Source: Dehalococcoidia bacterium
GTDB lineage: Bacteria > Chloroflexota > Dehalococcoidia > Lucifugimonadales > UBA3495
Assembly: GCA_034428795.1 (NCBI GenBank)
Contig: DAOUHF010000131.1
Coordinates: 24,382 to 88,381, forward strand
Direction: 5' to 3'
Length of the DNA stretch: 64,000 bases
Shown here: positions 43,213-53,043 of the stretch, piece by piece
Layout: every line of letters starts with the position of its first letter
Numbering within the stretch: position 1 is the first letter of the stretch
Program-made: the position numbers and the translations under genes
The notes under the pieces: generated by a model
The model's input: only the letters and a program-made list of their open reading frames with translations
Database searches by the model: none
What the model was told of the DNA's origin: nothing

Positions 43213-44739
43213 TTGAGTAGTGTTAAAGTGGCCGACCGGGTTCGCGACCTGGCCCGTTTGGACCGCCTTTGCAATTCAATTTTCTCCCGCCGCCCGCTGA
43301 TACTGGTCAGCAACCGGGGTCCGGTGGAGCACCAGATGTCGCCCGAGGGCCGGCCGGAACCCCGCCGGGGCAGCGGGAGCGTCGTCACGGCCTTTAACTC
43401 CATGGCCCAGAAGGTCCCTTTCACCTGGGTGGCCAGCGCCATGGGCGAAGGCGACCGCTTGGTATCCAACCAGGGCCGGGGCCCTCATCTGAAATCCCCC
43501 CTTCCCGGACACAAGATCAACCTTCGCTACGTGGTGACGCCCCGGCGGGTGTACCACAAGTATTACAACATTCTTTGCAACCCCCTTCTTTGGTTTCTCC
43601 AACACTACATGTGGAACCCACCCTACAACCCCAACGTGGACGCATCGGTGCACGACGCCTGGGCCAACGGTTACGTTCCGGTCAACGAGGCCTTCGCCAA
43701 CTCGGTGGTCGAAGAGGCCCGGGGGTTGGAACAGCCGCCGATCGTCATCGGGCATGATTACCACCTTTATCTCATGCCAGGAATGGTAAGGCGGCAACTG
43801 CCCGAGGCGTTCATCCAGCATTACGTCCACATTCCGTGGCCCGCTCCGGTCTGCTGGCACATGGTGCCGGAGTACATCATCCGGAGCATTTGCGAGTCGT
43901 TGTGCGCCACAGACATCCTGGGGTTCCAGACCAACCAAGACCGGAATTGCTTTCTGGACACGGTCGAAGAGTTTGTTCCGGGCGCGGTGGTGGACCGGAC
44001 CGCCGGCGCTGTTGAGTTGGACGGCCGCCGTTCGATGGTCAAGGTCTATCCGATTTCCATCAACGTGGAAGAAGTGCAACATATTGCCAATTCCCCAAGG
44101 GCGCTGGACTACGAGGCCCGTTTGGCCGGCGAAGCCGGGGAAATTACCATAGTGAGGATCGACCGGGCCGAGCCCAACAAGAACATCGTCAGGGGATTTC
44201 GCGCCTACGAACTGCTCCTGGACCGGTACCCGGAGCTCCGGGGCCGCGTCAAATTCCTGGCTTTCCTGGTCCCGTCCCGCACCCACATCCGCCAGTACCA
44301 ACGGTACATGGAAGAAGTCAAGCAGGTGATCCAACAGGTCAACAACAAGCACGGCGTCGATGATTGGCAGCCCATAACCGCGTACATCGAGAACAACTAC
44401 ACCCAGGCCATAGCGGGGATGAAGCTCTACGACGCCCTGCTGGTGAACACCCTGGTGGAGGGCATGAACCTGGTGGCCAAGGAGGGCCCGGTGGTCAACA
44501 ACCGCGACGGCGTTGTGGTCCTCTCTCACAGCAGCGGCGTATACCGCGAGTTGGCGGACGGAGCCCTCAGCGTTTCGCCCACCGACATCGAAGGCACGAT
44601 GAAAGCCCTGCATCAGGCGATAACCATGGCGGGCCACGAACGGAAAGAGCGGGCGACCGCCCTTTACGAAGCCGTAAACCGGCAGGACATCAACGAGTGG
44701 ATGCGCCGCCAACTGACCGACATCGCCGACCTAATCTGA
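43213..44739 (+). CDS. otsA: Alpha,alpha-trehalose-phosphate synthase (GT20)
   Basis: LILVSNRGPVEH, IGHDYHLYLMP and VNTLVEGMNLVAKEG. Confidence 0.85.
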   Translation: MSSVKVADRVRDLARLDRLCNSIFSRRPLILVSNRGPVEHQMSPEGRPEPRRGSGSVVTAFNSMAQKVPFTWVASAMGEGDRLVSNQGRGPHLKSPLPGHKINLRYVVTPRRVYHKYYNILCNPLLWFLQHYMWNPPYNPNVDASVHDAWANGYVPVNEAFANSVVEEARGLEQPPIVIGHDYHLYLMPGMVRRQLPEAFIQHYVHIPWPAPVCWHMVPEYIIRSICESLCATDILGFQTNQDRNCFLDTVEEFVPGAVVDRTAGAVELDGRRSMVKVYPISINVEEVQHIANSPRALDYEARLAGEAGEITIVRIDRAEPNKNIVRGFRAYELLLDRYPELRGRVKFLAFLVPSRTHIRQYQRYMEEVKQVIQQVNNKHGVDDWQPITAYIENNYTQAIAGMKLYDALLVNTLVEGMNLVAKEGPVVNNRDGVVVLSHSSGVYRELADGALSVSPTDIEGTMKALHQAITMAGHERKERATALYEAVNRQDINEWMRRQLTDIADLI

Positions 44740-44815
44740 CCGCCGCTTCGCAGGCCGGCAGGCCGAAGCATCAACAAGCGTCCAATCGCCCACCTCGGAC
44801 CGGAGGGGCACCGCC

Positions 44816-45385
44816 ATGGAACAATCGTTCATCCCAGCGCCCGAAGACGCCAACGCCGACGTCTATCTGTGCCTATTTCCCTACTTGAAGCAATTTCTGG
44901 CCTTCGATGCCCGGGAGGGACAGTCTCGGGTCATGCTCCTGTCGGTGGACGACGTATTGGGGGAGGAGTTCTACCGTACCGTCGAGACCGAAATCTCGGA
45001 GATGCTGCGGGAGAGCAGCGAGTATCCGTTGGCCCATTTGATGAACCTTCCGGGGCAGATCGAGGAGGCCGTACGCGGAGTCGCCGTGACTTTCATCCTC
45101 GACCGGATAGGGATCAGGACGAACCCGGAAGACCCTGAAGACGTGATGGTCTTTGCCGTGGGCGGCGGCGGGCCCGCGGCCCCGCCCGACGTTGCCCTGC
45201 AGGGACTCAAGTGGCTGCTGCAATCCCGGTGCGGCATCGTCCCAAACTCCGAGTGGGAGCAGAAGATCGCCGACATGATCGCGGAGCAGAACTCCATTGA
45301 AGCTCAATTCCCACACCACGACATCGCCGAGACCATAGCCGGGGACGCGCCGGACTACTTCAATCTCTGGGAGAACCGCAATTAG
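44816..45385 (+). CDS. Hypothetical protein
   Basis: 189-aa ORF with coding-like composition. No motif recognised. Confidence 0.4.
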   Translation: MEQSFIPAPEDANADVYLCLFPYLKQFLAFDAREGQSRVMLLSVDDVLGEEFYRTVETEISEMLRESSEYPLAHLMNLPGQIEEAVRGVAVTFILDRIGIRTNPEDPEDVMVFAVGGGGPAAPPDVALQGLKWLLQSRCGIVPNSEWEQKIADMIAEQNSIEAQFPHHDIAETIAGDAPDYFNLWENRN

Positions 45386-45430
45386 CCGGAACCGCCCTGT
45401 CGAACTGCGCCGAACCGGCCGGGCCGGCGC

Positions 45431-45990
45431 ATGAAAATCGGCCTCATATCCGACACTCACTGTGCCGGGAGCGGACGGGACCTCCCCGCGCCGGTGCTGG
45501 ACGCCTTGGCCGGGGCGGACTTGATCCTGCACTGCGGCGATCTCGAATGCCTCGGCGTTACTACCTTGAGACGTTGGCCCCGGTGCTGGCGGTCCGGGGC
45601 TACGAGGACCCCACTGAAGCCGGCGACCGATTGGCCGATACCACCCGGGTGGTACACGTCGGCGGCGTCTCCATCGGCATGGTCCACGACATCCAGTGGC
45701 CGGGGCCACGGGTGTCCACCACCGGCGACGGCGCCGGCTTGGTCCTTCCTCCCGGAGAAGCCAGCCACACCCTGACCCGCAAGTTCGGCGAACCCGTGGA
45801 CGCGGTCGCGTTCGGCGACACGCATGAAGAGCTCATATGCTTCTGGGATGAGGTGCTGATGGTCAATCCCGGCAGCCCCACTCATCCCGGCAAACGCCAC
45901 CGGAGGGGCGATCTGGGAACAGTCGGCCTGCTGATCATAAAAGACGGGGCTGTGAAGCCCCGTCTCATCCGGCTTGAGCCGACCCGCTAG
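45431..45990 (+). pseudogene. YfcE-like metallophosphoesterase split by a frameshift near 45545-45560
   Basis: Frame 1 reads MKIGLISDTHCAGSGRDLP...LILHCGDLECLGV. Frame 2 (45547..45990) reads ..YLETLAPVLAVRGYED...AFGDTHEE...VNPGSPT. Together these form a complete MPP fold. Confidence 0.6.
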
Positions 45991-46003
45991 AGGGTGTTGG
46001 TTA

Positions 46004-46114
46004 GGGAACCTCTGAACAAGTTACGGTCATTGAGGCGAAAGCCGAAATCTCGGAAGAGAGCTTAACGGCCCCCATCCTAACCTTCCCCCATCGGGGGGAA
46101 GGGACTTGTTCAGG
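46004..46114. repeat. Family-1 repeat copy (TIR, tail and one hairpin unit, inverse order)
   Basis: taGGGAACCTCTGAACAAGTTACGGTCATTGAGGCGAAAGCCGAAATCTCGGAAGAGAGCTTAACGG CCCCCATCCTAACCTTCCCCCATCGGGGGGAAGGGACTTGTTCAGGta. Confidence 0.75.
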
Positions 46115-46120
46115 TATTGG

Positions 46121-48211
46121 TTAGAGGTTGTTGATTAGAGGCGTCGCCTTCAGGAACACCGGGGCGAACACCAGGGAAACTATCGCCATCAGTTTGAGCA
46201 GGATGTTCAGGGACGGGCCGGAGGTATCCTTGAACGGATCGCCGACTACGTCGCCCTCCACCGCAGCTTTGTGTGCGTCGGAACCCTTGCCGCCGTAGTT
46301 CCCCAACTCCACGTATTTCTTGGCGTTGTCCCAACTGCCCCCGGCTGAAGCCATCATGATGGCCAGCATGAAGCCGGCAGCCACCGCGCCAATAAGCAGG
46401 CCGCCCAAGGCCGCCTCGCCCAGGATGAAACCAGTGGCGAGGGGGGCAACCACCGCCATAATCCCGGGCACTATCATCTCTCGCAATGCGCTGCGGGTAC
46501 TGATGTCCACGCAGCGGGCAGAGTCGGGGGCAGCGGTGCCTTCCATCAGTCCGGGGATTTCACGGAACTGGCGGCGTACCTCATCGACGATGCCTTGGGC
46601 GGCCCGGCCCACGGCCTGCATGGTCAGCGCCGAGAAAATAAACGGCAGCATCGCGCCAATCACAAGGCCCACCAGGACTTGGGGCTGCAAAAGGTTGATT
46701 CCAGTCCCTCCCGCAACCAGCTTGCCGTCGGCGCCGATCTTAATCAGTTCAGCGCTGACCGAGTACGCGGCCAGCAACGCCAGCGAGGTGAGGGCCGCCG
46801 AGCCGATGGCGAAGCCCTTGCCGGTGGCGGCGGTGGTGTTGCCAAGGGCGTCTAGCGCGTCGGTGCGCTCGCGGACCTGTGGGTCGAGGTTGGCCTGTTC
46901 GGCGATACCGCCGGCGTTATCGGCCACCGGCCCGTAGGCGTCGGTAGCCAGCGTGATGCCCAAGGTGGACAGCAGCCCCACCCCGGCCAGGGCCACTCCA
47001 TAGAACCCGGCGAACCAGTAGGCCAGGAGAATGGCGACCGATATGCAAATAACCGGTATCAGAGTGCTCATCATCCCCGAGGCGATGCCCTGGATGATTA
47101 CCGTGGCCGCGCCGGTTTCGGAGGCGGCGGACACCCTTTGCGTCGGCTTGTAGCTGTAGGAAGTGTAGTATTCGGTAGCCAGCCCGATTATAGTGCCGGC
47201 GCCCAGTCCGGCGACGATGCAGCCGAACCACCACCAGTTTTCGGTCAGGGTGATGGTGAGTATGGCGGCGAATATGATGAGCAACCCGCCGGCGGCGAAA
47301 ATCCCGTAGCGTAAGGCCCACAGCAACCGCTCGAAGTCGGCCTGTTCACCGCTGCGGACCAGGAAGGTTCCCAGAATTGCGGCAACGATGCCGGAGCCAG
47401 CCAGCAGCATCGGAAACACCGCCTGCGGGTCCGTGAATTTGGAATCGCCGCTGCCCACAGCCAAGCCCACCGCGGTCGCCGACAGGGCCACCGCCGAGAT
47501 GATGCTGCCCACGTAAGACTCAAACAGGTCGGCGCCCATACCGGCCACGTCGCCGACGTTGTCACCCACGTTGTCGGCGATGACGCCGGGGTTCCGTGGG
47601 TCGTCTTCGGGGATCCCGGCCTCCACCTTGCCCACCAGGTCGGAACCCACGTCGGCCGCCTTGGTGAAAATGCCGCCGCCCACACGGGCGAACAGGGCGA
47701 TGGAGCTGGCGCCGAAGCCGAACCCGGCGACGGCGCTGATGTTCTGAAAGACCAGGTACAGGATGGTTACGCCCAAGAGTCCAATGCCTACTACGGTGAC
47801 GCCCATCACCGAGCCGCTGGAGAAGGCGACCCTCAGGGCTGGGTTCAGGCCGATCTGCGCGGCCGCGGCGGTACGCACGTTGGCCCGCACGGCCACGTTC
47901 ATGCCGATGAACCCGGCCATGCCCGAGCATATGGCGCCGACCAGGTACGAGATAGCGGTGGCCGGGGCCGCGAGGTCGTGGGTGAAAATGGTATAGTCCA
48001 AGACACCCAAGACGATGGTCACGACGACGACAAAAGGCAGCAGGCTCATGTATTCCCGGCGCAGGAAGGCGGAAGCCCCGGTACGGATGGCGTCCCCGAT
48101 GGCGCGCATGGCCTCGTTGCCGGGATCCGCCTTGATGACCCGGAACGCGGTGAATGCAGCGAACAACAGGGCGACGACACCCGCGGCCAGTGCGACAATA
48201 ATGGATTCCAT
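46121..48211 (-). CDS. hppA: Membrane-bound ion-translocating pyrophosphatase
   Basis: 696 aa with [28 protein letters not shown] and [10 protein letters not shown]. Confidence 0.95.
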   Translation of the reverse strand: MESIIVALAAGVVALLFAAFTAFRVIKADPGNEAMRAIGDAIRTGASAFLRREYMSLLPFVVVVTIVLGVLDYTIFTHDLAAPATAISYLVGAICSGMAGFIGMNVAVRANVRTAAAAQIGLNPALRVAFSSGSVMGVTVVGIGLLGVTILYLVFQNISAVAGFGFGASSIALFARVGGGIFTKAADVGSDLVGKVEAGIPEDDPRNPGVIADNVGDNVGDVAGMGADLFESYVGSIISAVALSATAVGLAVGSGDSKFTDPQAVFPMLLAGSGIVAAILGTFLVRSGEQADFERLLWALRYGIFAAGGLLIIFAAILTITLTENWWWFGCIVAGLGAGTIIGLATEYYTSYSYKPTQRVSAASETGAATVIIQGIASGMMSTLIPVICISVAILLAYWFAGFYGVALAGVGLLSTLGITLATDAYGPVADNAGGIAEQANLDPQVRERTDALDALGNTTAATGKGFAIGSAALTSLALLAAYSVSAELIKIGADGKLVAGGTGINLLQPQVLVGLVIGAMLPFIFSALTMQAVGRAAQGIVDEVRRQFREIPGLMEGTAAPDSARCVDISTRSALREMIVPGIMAVVAPLATGFILGEAALGGLLIGAVAAGFMLAIMMASAGGSWDNAKKYVELGNYGGKGSDAHKAAVEGDVVGDPFKDTSGPSLNILLKLMAIVSLVFAPVFLKATPLINNL

Positions 48212-48530
48212 GCAGACACTCTCAGGAGGGTATGGGGGCGGAAAATAAGCGCTGGAAAGTTACCATATCGGCCCAGGGGTGTCAAGGCGAAATTCGTCGC
48301 CGGGCCACCGTCACCAGGCAACCGTCACCAGGCCAACCGGACCAGGACAACCGGATTTCGCGCGAAGCCCCGCGAAGCCCATTTGTGACGGCGGCCGCTT
48401 GCTTCGGCCCAGCGCCGCCGGCTCCCCGTCCCGTTTCCCGCCCTCATAACCATGATGCTATAATGCCGCTGTCATACCGCCTACGGCAGCCGCACTCTAA
48501 GGCCGGAAGGCCCTCCGGAGGGTAGCCTTA

Positions 48531-49838
48531 ATGCACATTGGATATTTCACGGAACGGCCCTACCAAGACCCGTCATCGGGCTACTTTGGGGCCACCGGAA
48601 AGCCCATCATGGACTTGACGGTCAGCAACGGGATCTACAATCCTCAGCTCGGCGCCGAACTTTACAACCGCTACCTGGACGAAAAGCTATACGCCGAGGA
48701 GATGGGTTTCGACGGGCTCATGCTGAACGAGCACCACGGCACGGCCTTCTGCATGGGCGGGGCCATGAACGTGGAGGCCTCCATTCTGGCCCGCATCACC
48801 AAACGGGCCAAGATCGTGCTTCTGGGCAACATTCTGCCCATCTGGGACGACCCTCTTTGGCTGGTCGAACAACTGTCGATGATAGACATGATATCCCATG
48901 GACGGCTGGTTTCCGGATGGGTCCGGGGCACAGGACGAGAAAGCGTGTCCCACAACGCCCCGCCGCCCTATAACTGGGAACGGTTCCAGGAGGCCCACGA
49001 ATTCATCGTCAAGGCCTGGACCACCCCCGGCCCCTTCCGCTGGGAGGGGAAGCACTTCCAGTACCGTCACGTCAATCCATGGGTCAGGCCCTACCAGAAG
49101 CCCCACCCCCAGGTGTGGCTGCCCGGAGTGGTGAGCCGAGACTCCCTGATGTGGGCCGCTGAGAAACGGATCCCGTACATCATGCTCTCCACCGAGTTGG
49201 AACCCACCAAGGCAGCCTTCCAGTTGTACCACGACCGGGCTGCGGAGCTCGGCTACGAGTCGGGTCCTCAGAACCTCGGCTACCTCTGGAAGGTGCACGT
49301 CGACGAGACAGAGGAGTTGGCCGAGGAGGCCGGACGCAAGTTCGTCCAAGGGCCCAGCAACCCGTTCCTGGCGGGCAACGAGGGAACCGTCAACCCGGCG
49401 CTGGCCAGCCTGCCCGGCCTCACCTCCCGCCGCCGGGTCCTGCCCACTCAGAGCTTCGCCACCGCCGCCCGGGGAGGCGGCGCTCCCAGCAGCGCCGGCG
49501 CTGCCTCGGTGCTGAGCCGTCCCTACGAGCAACAGATCCAGGACTACACCATCATTTCCGGCACGCCCAAGTCCGTGATTCCCAAGATTCGCCACGTGAT
49601 GGAATACCTGCGCCCCGGCAGCATCTTCTTCTGGGACGGAGACGGCGCCATGACCCACGACGACGCCATGCGCAGCCTGCGGTTGATGGGTGAGGAAGTT
49701 ATTCCCGCCGTCCACGAGATTGCCAAGGAGTTGGAATTGCCCAGTTCCTTCGAGGTAGACCCGGCCACCGGCAAGCCCTACCCGGATACCCCGTCCGAAG
49801 AGGCCGCCAGCACCGGCGACGGCTATGGGGGACACTAG
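48531..49838 (+). CDS. Luciferase-like (LLM class) flavin-dependent oxidoreductase
   Basis: MHIGYFTERPYQ...EEMGFDGLMLNEHH... with the TIM-barrel LLM pattern. Confidence 0.75.
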   Translation: MHIGYFTERPYQDPSSGYFGATGKPIMDLTVSNGIYNPQLGAELYNRYLDEKLYAEEMGFDGLMLNEHHGTAFCMGGAMNVEASILARITKRAKIVLLGNILPIWDDPLWLVEQLSMIDMISHGRLVSGWVRGTGRESVSHNAPPPYNWERFQEAHEFIVKAWTTPGPFRWEGKHFQYRHVNPWVRPYQKPHPQVWLPGVVSRDSLMWAAEKRIPYIMLSTELEPTKAAFQLYHDRAAELGYESGPQNLGYLWKVHVDETEELAEEAGRKFVQGPSNPFLAGNEGTVNPALASLPGLTSRRRVLPTQSFATAARGGGAPSSAGAASVLSRPYEQQIQDYTIISGTPKSVIPKIRHVMEYLRPGSIFFWDGDGAMTHDDAMRSLRLMGEEVIPAVHEIAKELELPSSFEVDPATGKPYPDTPSEEAASTGDGYGGH

Positions 49839-49974
49839 ACCCGTTAGTCCACCAGGCGCTTCTGAAGCCTTTGACGAATCCCCCGTCCCCCGTGCAACTG
49901 GGCGGCCGGGGGATTCTGGCGTAATTCGTATACTTTGCCGGTTGTTGGATGTTTGCCGATAGTTGGATGTTTAA

Positions 49975-51639
49975 ATGGGCAACACCTCAGTGAATGACGG
50001 CACGATTGACGCGGTAGTCATAGGCGGCGGCCCCGCCGGCAGCGCCGCTGCCACTATGCTGGCCGCCAAGGGGTGGCGGGTAACGCTGCTGGAGCGGCAT
50101 CGGTTCCCACGGGACCACGTGGGCGAATCACTGTTGCCCGCCAGCATGCCCATCCTTGAGGAACTGGGCGCGATGCCGGCCGTGCGAGAGGCCGGGTTTC
50201 TGACCAAGTGGGGAGCGACCATGGTGTGGGGCCGCGACCCCGATCCCTGGAGCTGGTATTTCAAGGAGACCAGCCGTCAATACCCCCACGCCTACCAGGT
50301 GTGGCGCCCCCAATTCGACCAGATTCTCTTGGAAAACGCTCGCGCCAACGGGGTTGACGTCAGGGAAGGTCACCGGGCCGCAGAGGTAATGTTCAACTCA
50401 GGGCGGGCCTCCGGGGTCCGGTTCGTCTCTGACGAAGGCCACCGCGGGGAGATCTCTGCCCGCTTCGTGGTTGACGCCAGCGGCCAGTCCGCCATGCTGG
50501 CCAGCCGTAATGGCGCCCGCCGGTGGGACCCCTTCTTCCAAAACCTGGCAGTCTATACGTATTTCTCCGGAGTGGAGCCCCTCCTCGAACCGGACTCGAA
50601 CAACATATTCATTGAGGCCTACCAACACGGCTGGGTCTGGTCCATTCCCCTCCATACCGGTTGGACCAGCGTTGGAGCGGTGGTGGACAATCACACCGGG
50701 CAGGAAGGCATCCGCCGCCTGGGCGCCCGGGCCTTCCTGGCGGAGCAGCTATCCCAGGCCAACCACACCAGCGACCGGCTCCGGGCCGCCGCTTGGGCGG
50801 CGCAACCCCAAGTGGTCCGGGACTGGTCGTACTCGGCCGACCGGCTGGCCGGGCCCGGCTACGTGATAGCCGGCGATGCCGCCTGCTTTGTCGACCCCCT
50901 GTTCTCCTCGGGAGTCCACTTGGCGTTGATGTCGGGAGTGATGGCGGCCGCCTACGCCGCCACCGCCCTGAAACAGGACGAGAGGACGGACGAAGCTCCC
51001 ATATTGGAAAGCGCCGCCAAAGTGTACCAAGAGCTCTATTTCAGGGAATACCGCCAGTTCCGGGAGATGGCGCGCCTGTTCTACTCCAGCAATCTGACTG
51101 CCGAGTCGTATTTCTGGGAAGCCCGGCGGATCACGGCCGCAGAAGAATATTCTCCAAGGCAAAGCTTCATCCAAGCGGTGGCGGGCCAACCGCCCCGAGG
51201 CTACGAACGGGCGGTGCTGGAGCGCGGCGACGCCCCGGGCGAGTTCATCTCCAGCGTCCGCACGGTGGAATCCGAGCGTGCGGAAAGGGCCCGCCGGATG
51301 TCCGCATTGCGTTCGGACACCCAGCGAAACCAGTTGCTGTGGGCGGTCCCCCGCTTGGCCGACGGCGTGACCGTCAGCCGCCGCCCGGTACTGGGAGCGG
51401 GAGAGTTTGTCTGGGGCCACACTCTGAACTCCGTCTCCCAGCCGGAGGGCACGCCGTGCAGCCAGTTGGTCGCCAGCCTGGTGTCGCTGGTCGACGGCCG
51501 GACCCCGGTAATGACCCTGGTGGAGCGGTTGGGGCAAGGGCTGGACCAAACGTCCCGGGGACAACTGGAGGAAGCCGTCACACGGGTTGTAGAAATTCTG
51601 CACGTCGACGGAACGATCGAGCGGCTAGGTACCGGTTAG
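49975..51639 (+). CDS. FAD-dependent halogenase-like oxidoreductase with a C-terminal PqqD/RRE-like domain
   Basis: VVIGGGPAGSAAA (GxGxxG), GWVWSIPL (WxWxIP) and FVDPLFSSGVHLA (FxxPxxSxG). The C-terminal ~95 aa reads VPRLADGVTV...LVSLVDGRTPVMTLVERLG...VTRVVEILHVDGTIE. Confidence 0.6.
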   Translation: MGNTSVNDGTIDAVVIGGGPAGSAAATMLAAKGWRVTLLERHRFPRDHVGESLLPASMPILEELGAMPAVREAGFLTKWGATMVWGRDPDPWSWYFKETSRQYPHAYQVWRPQFDQILLENARANGVDVREGHRAAEVMFNSGRASGVRFVSDEGHRGEISARFVVDASGQSAMLASRNGARRWDPFFQNLAVYTYFSGVEPLLEPDSNNIFIEAYQHGWVWSIPLHTGWTSVGAVVDNHTGQEGIRRLGARAFLAEQLSQANHTSDRLRAAAWAAQPQVVRDWSYSADRLAGPGYVIAGDAACFVDPLFSSGVHLALMSGVMAAAYAATALKQDERTDEAPILESAAKVYQELYFREYRQFREMARLFYSSNLTAESYFWEARRITAAEEYSPRQSFIQAVAGQPPRGYERAVLERGDAPGEFISSVRTVESERAERARRMSALRSDTQRNQLLWAVPRLADGVTVSRRPVLGAGEFVWGHTLNSVSQPEGTPCSQLVASLVSLVDGRTPVMTLVERLGQGLDQTSRGQLEEAVTRVVEILHVDGTIERLGTG

Positions 51640-51711
51640 CCGCTCCCGCCGCTGTGCTGCCCCGGGATTATAATACCCGTGTAACCCGAATGAGGCCGTG
51701 GGAGTCGGGAT

Positions 51712-53043
51712 ATGGACAGTATTACACTTCAGAACTATCGGTGCTTTAGAGAAGAGCAGACGGCCCGCCTAGCCCCGTTGACGCTTCTTGTGGGCGAGAA
51801 CAGCACGGGAAAGACATCTTTCCTGGCATTGGTCCGGGCCCTATGGGATATCGCGTTCCAGAATAATGTTCCGAACTTTCAGGAAGAGCCATATAACCTT
51901 GGGGCCTTCCGGGACATCACCCACAAGCGTAGCAGTCCGGGCGGTCAAGCTGATTCGTTTGAAGCGGGGTTTGAATACCACCGTCCTCAGCGTGCCCGCA
52001 ATAGAAGACTAGAAGGGGTTTCGTTCCGGGCGACATTTGAGGACCGGAGAGGGTCCCCTTTTCCGGTGACAAGAAGCCTTTACCGTAGGGACGCTTGGCT
52101 GGAGGCCCACGATAAAGAAGACGGAGGGCATTTGCTGCGCTTCGGTACGGGGAAAAGCAACGAGGAATACTCAGCTGAGTCGAACATACTCTCACGAGAC
52201 GATGATAATTTGGTCTCCTTTAGACAAATGTTTTGGGATATCAACCGTGGCAGCAGATCAGATGAGCCGTCTACACCGAACGAGAAAGAGATAGAGGACT
52301 TAGTCTCCAGTCTCAGTATTCCACCTTCGAATCTTGTCCGGGAGCGTCCGTTCGCCAGCGCGCCGGTGCGTACCCGCCCCCGGCGGACATACGACCCAAC
52401 GCGGCCTTCGCGGGATCCCGAAGGAGAGTACATCCCCACCTACCTTGCCAGCGAGTTTCATCGCGGCCAAAAAAGCTGGAAGGAGTTGAAAAGCGCTCTT
52501 GAACAGTTTGGCCAAAATTCCGGGCTGTTCGACGAGATCAACGTCAAGTCCTTGGGCAAGACCGAGGGTACGCCGTTCCAATTGGAAGTCCGAAAGTTTG
52601 GCAAGAGAACGAAAGGACCCCCAAGAAACCTGATCGACGTAGGATACGGCGTGAGCCAGGCGTTGCCGATCCTGACCGAACTTTTGCGGCCTGATTCGTC
52701 CGCCATGTTCTTGTTGCAACAGCCGGAGGTCCATCTCCATCCTATGGCCCAGGCAGCCTTGGGCAGTCTGTTCTGCTCTATTGCTAGGCCAAACCGCCAA
52801 CTCATCGTCGAGACCCATAGCGACTATATTATCGACCGCGTTCGCATGGACATTCGAGATAAGAAGTCGCCACTCAAACCTGAGGACGTTTCCATCCTGT
52901 ACTTCGAGCCGGGAGAACTCGAAGTAAATATCCGTTCTATTCGCTTGGACGACATGGGCAATGTTTTGGATGCGCCGCCGGGTTACGGACAATTCTTCAT
53001 GGAAGAAGTAAGGCGCTCCGTCGGAATGGGTATCAGGGCCTGA
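51712..53043 (+). CDS. ABC/SMC-type AAA family ATPase (AAA_15/21, DUF3696-like C-terminus)
   Basis: Walker A LLVGENSTGKTSF, Walker B/D-loop MFLLQQPEVHLHP and H-loop VETHSDYIIDR. Visibly lower GC than the flanks. Confidence 0.75.
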   Translation: MDSITLQNYRCFREEQTARLAPLTLLVGENSTGKTSFLALVRALWDIAFQNNVPNFQEEPYNLGAFRDITHKRSSPGGQADSFEAGFEYHRPQRARNRRLEGVSFRATFEDRRGSPFPVTRSLYRRDAWLEAHDKEDGGHLLRFGTGKSNEEYSAESNILSRDDDNLVSFRQMFWDINRGSRSDEPSTPNEKEIEDLVSSLSIPPSNLVRERPFASAPVRTRPRRTYDPTRPSRDPEGEYIPTYLASEFHRGQKSWKELKSALEQFGQNSGLFDEINVKSLGKTEGTPFQLEVRKFGKRTKGPPRNLIDVGYGVSQALPILTELLRPDSSAMFLLQQPEVHLHPMAQAALGSLFCSIARPNRQLIVETHSDYIIDRVRMDIRDKKSPLKPEDVSILYFEPGELEVNIRSIRLDDMGNVLDAPPGYGQFFMEEVRRSVGMGIRA

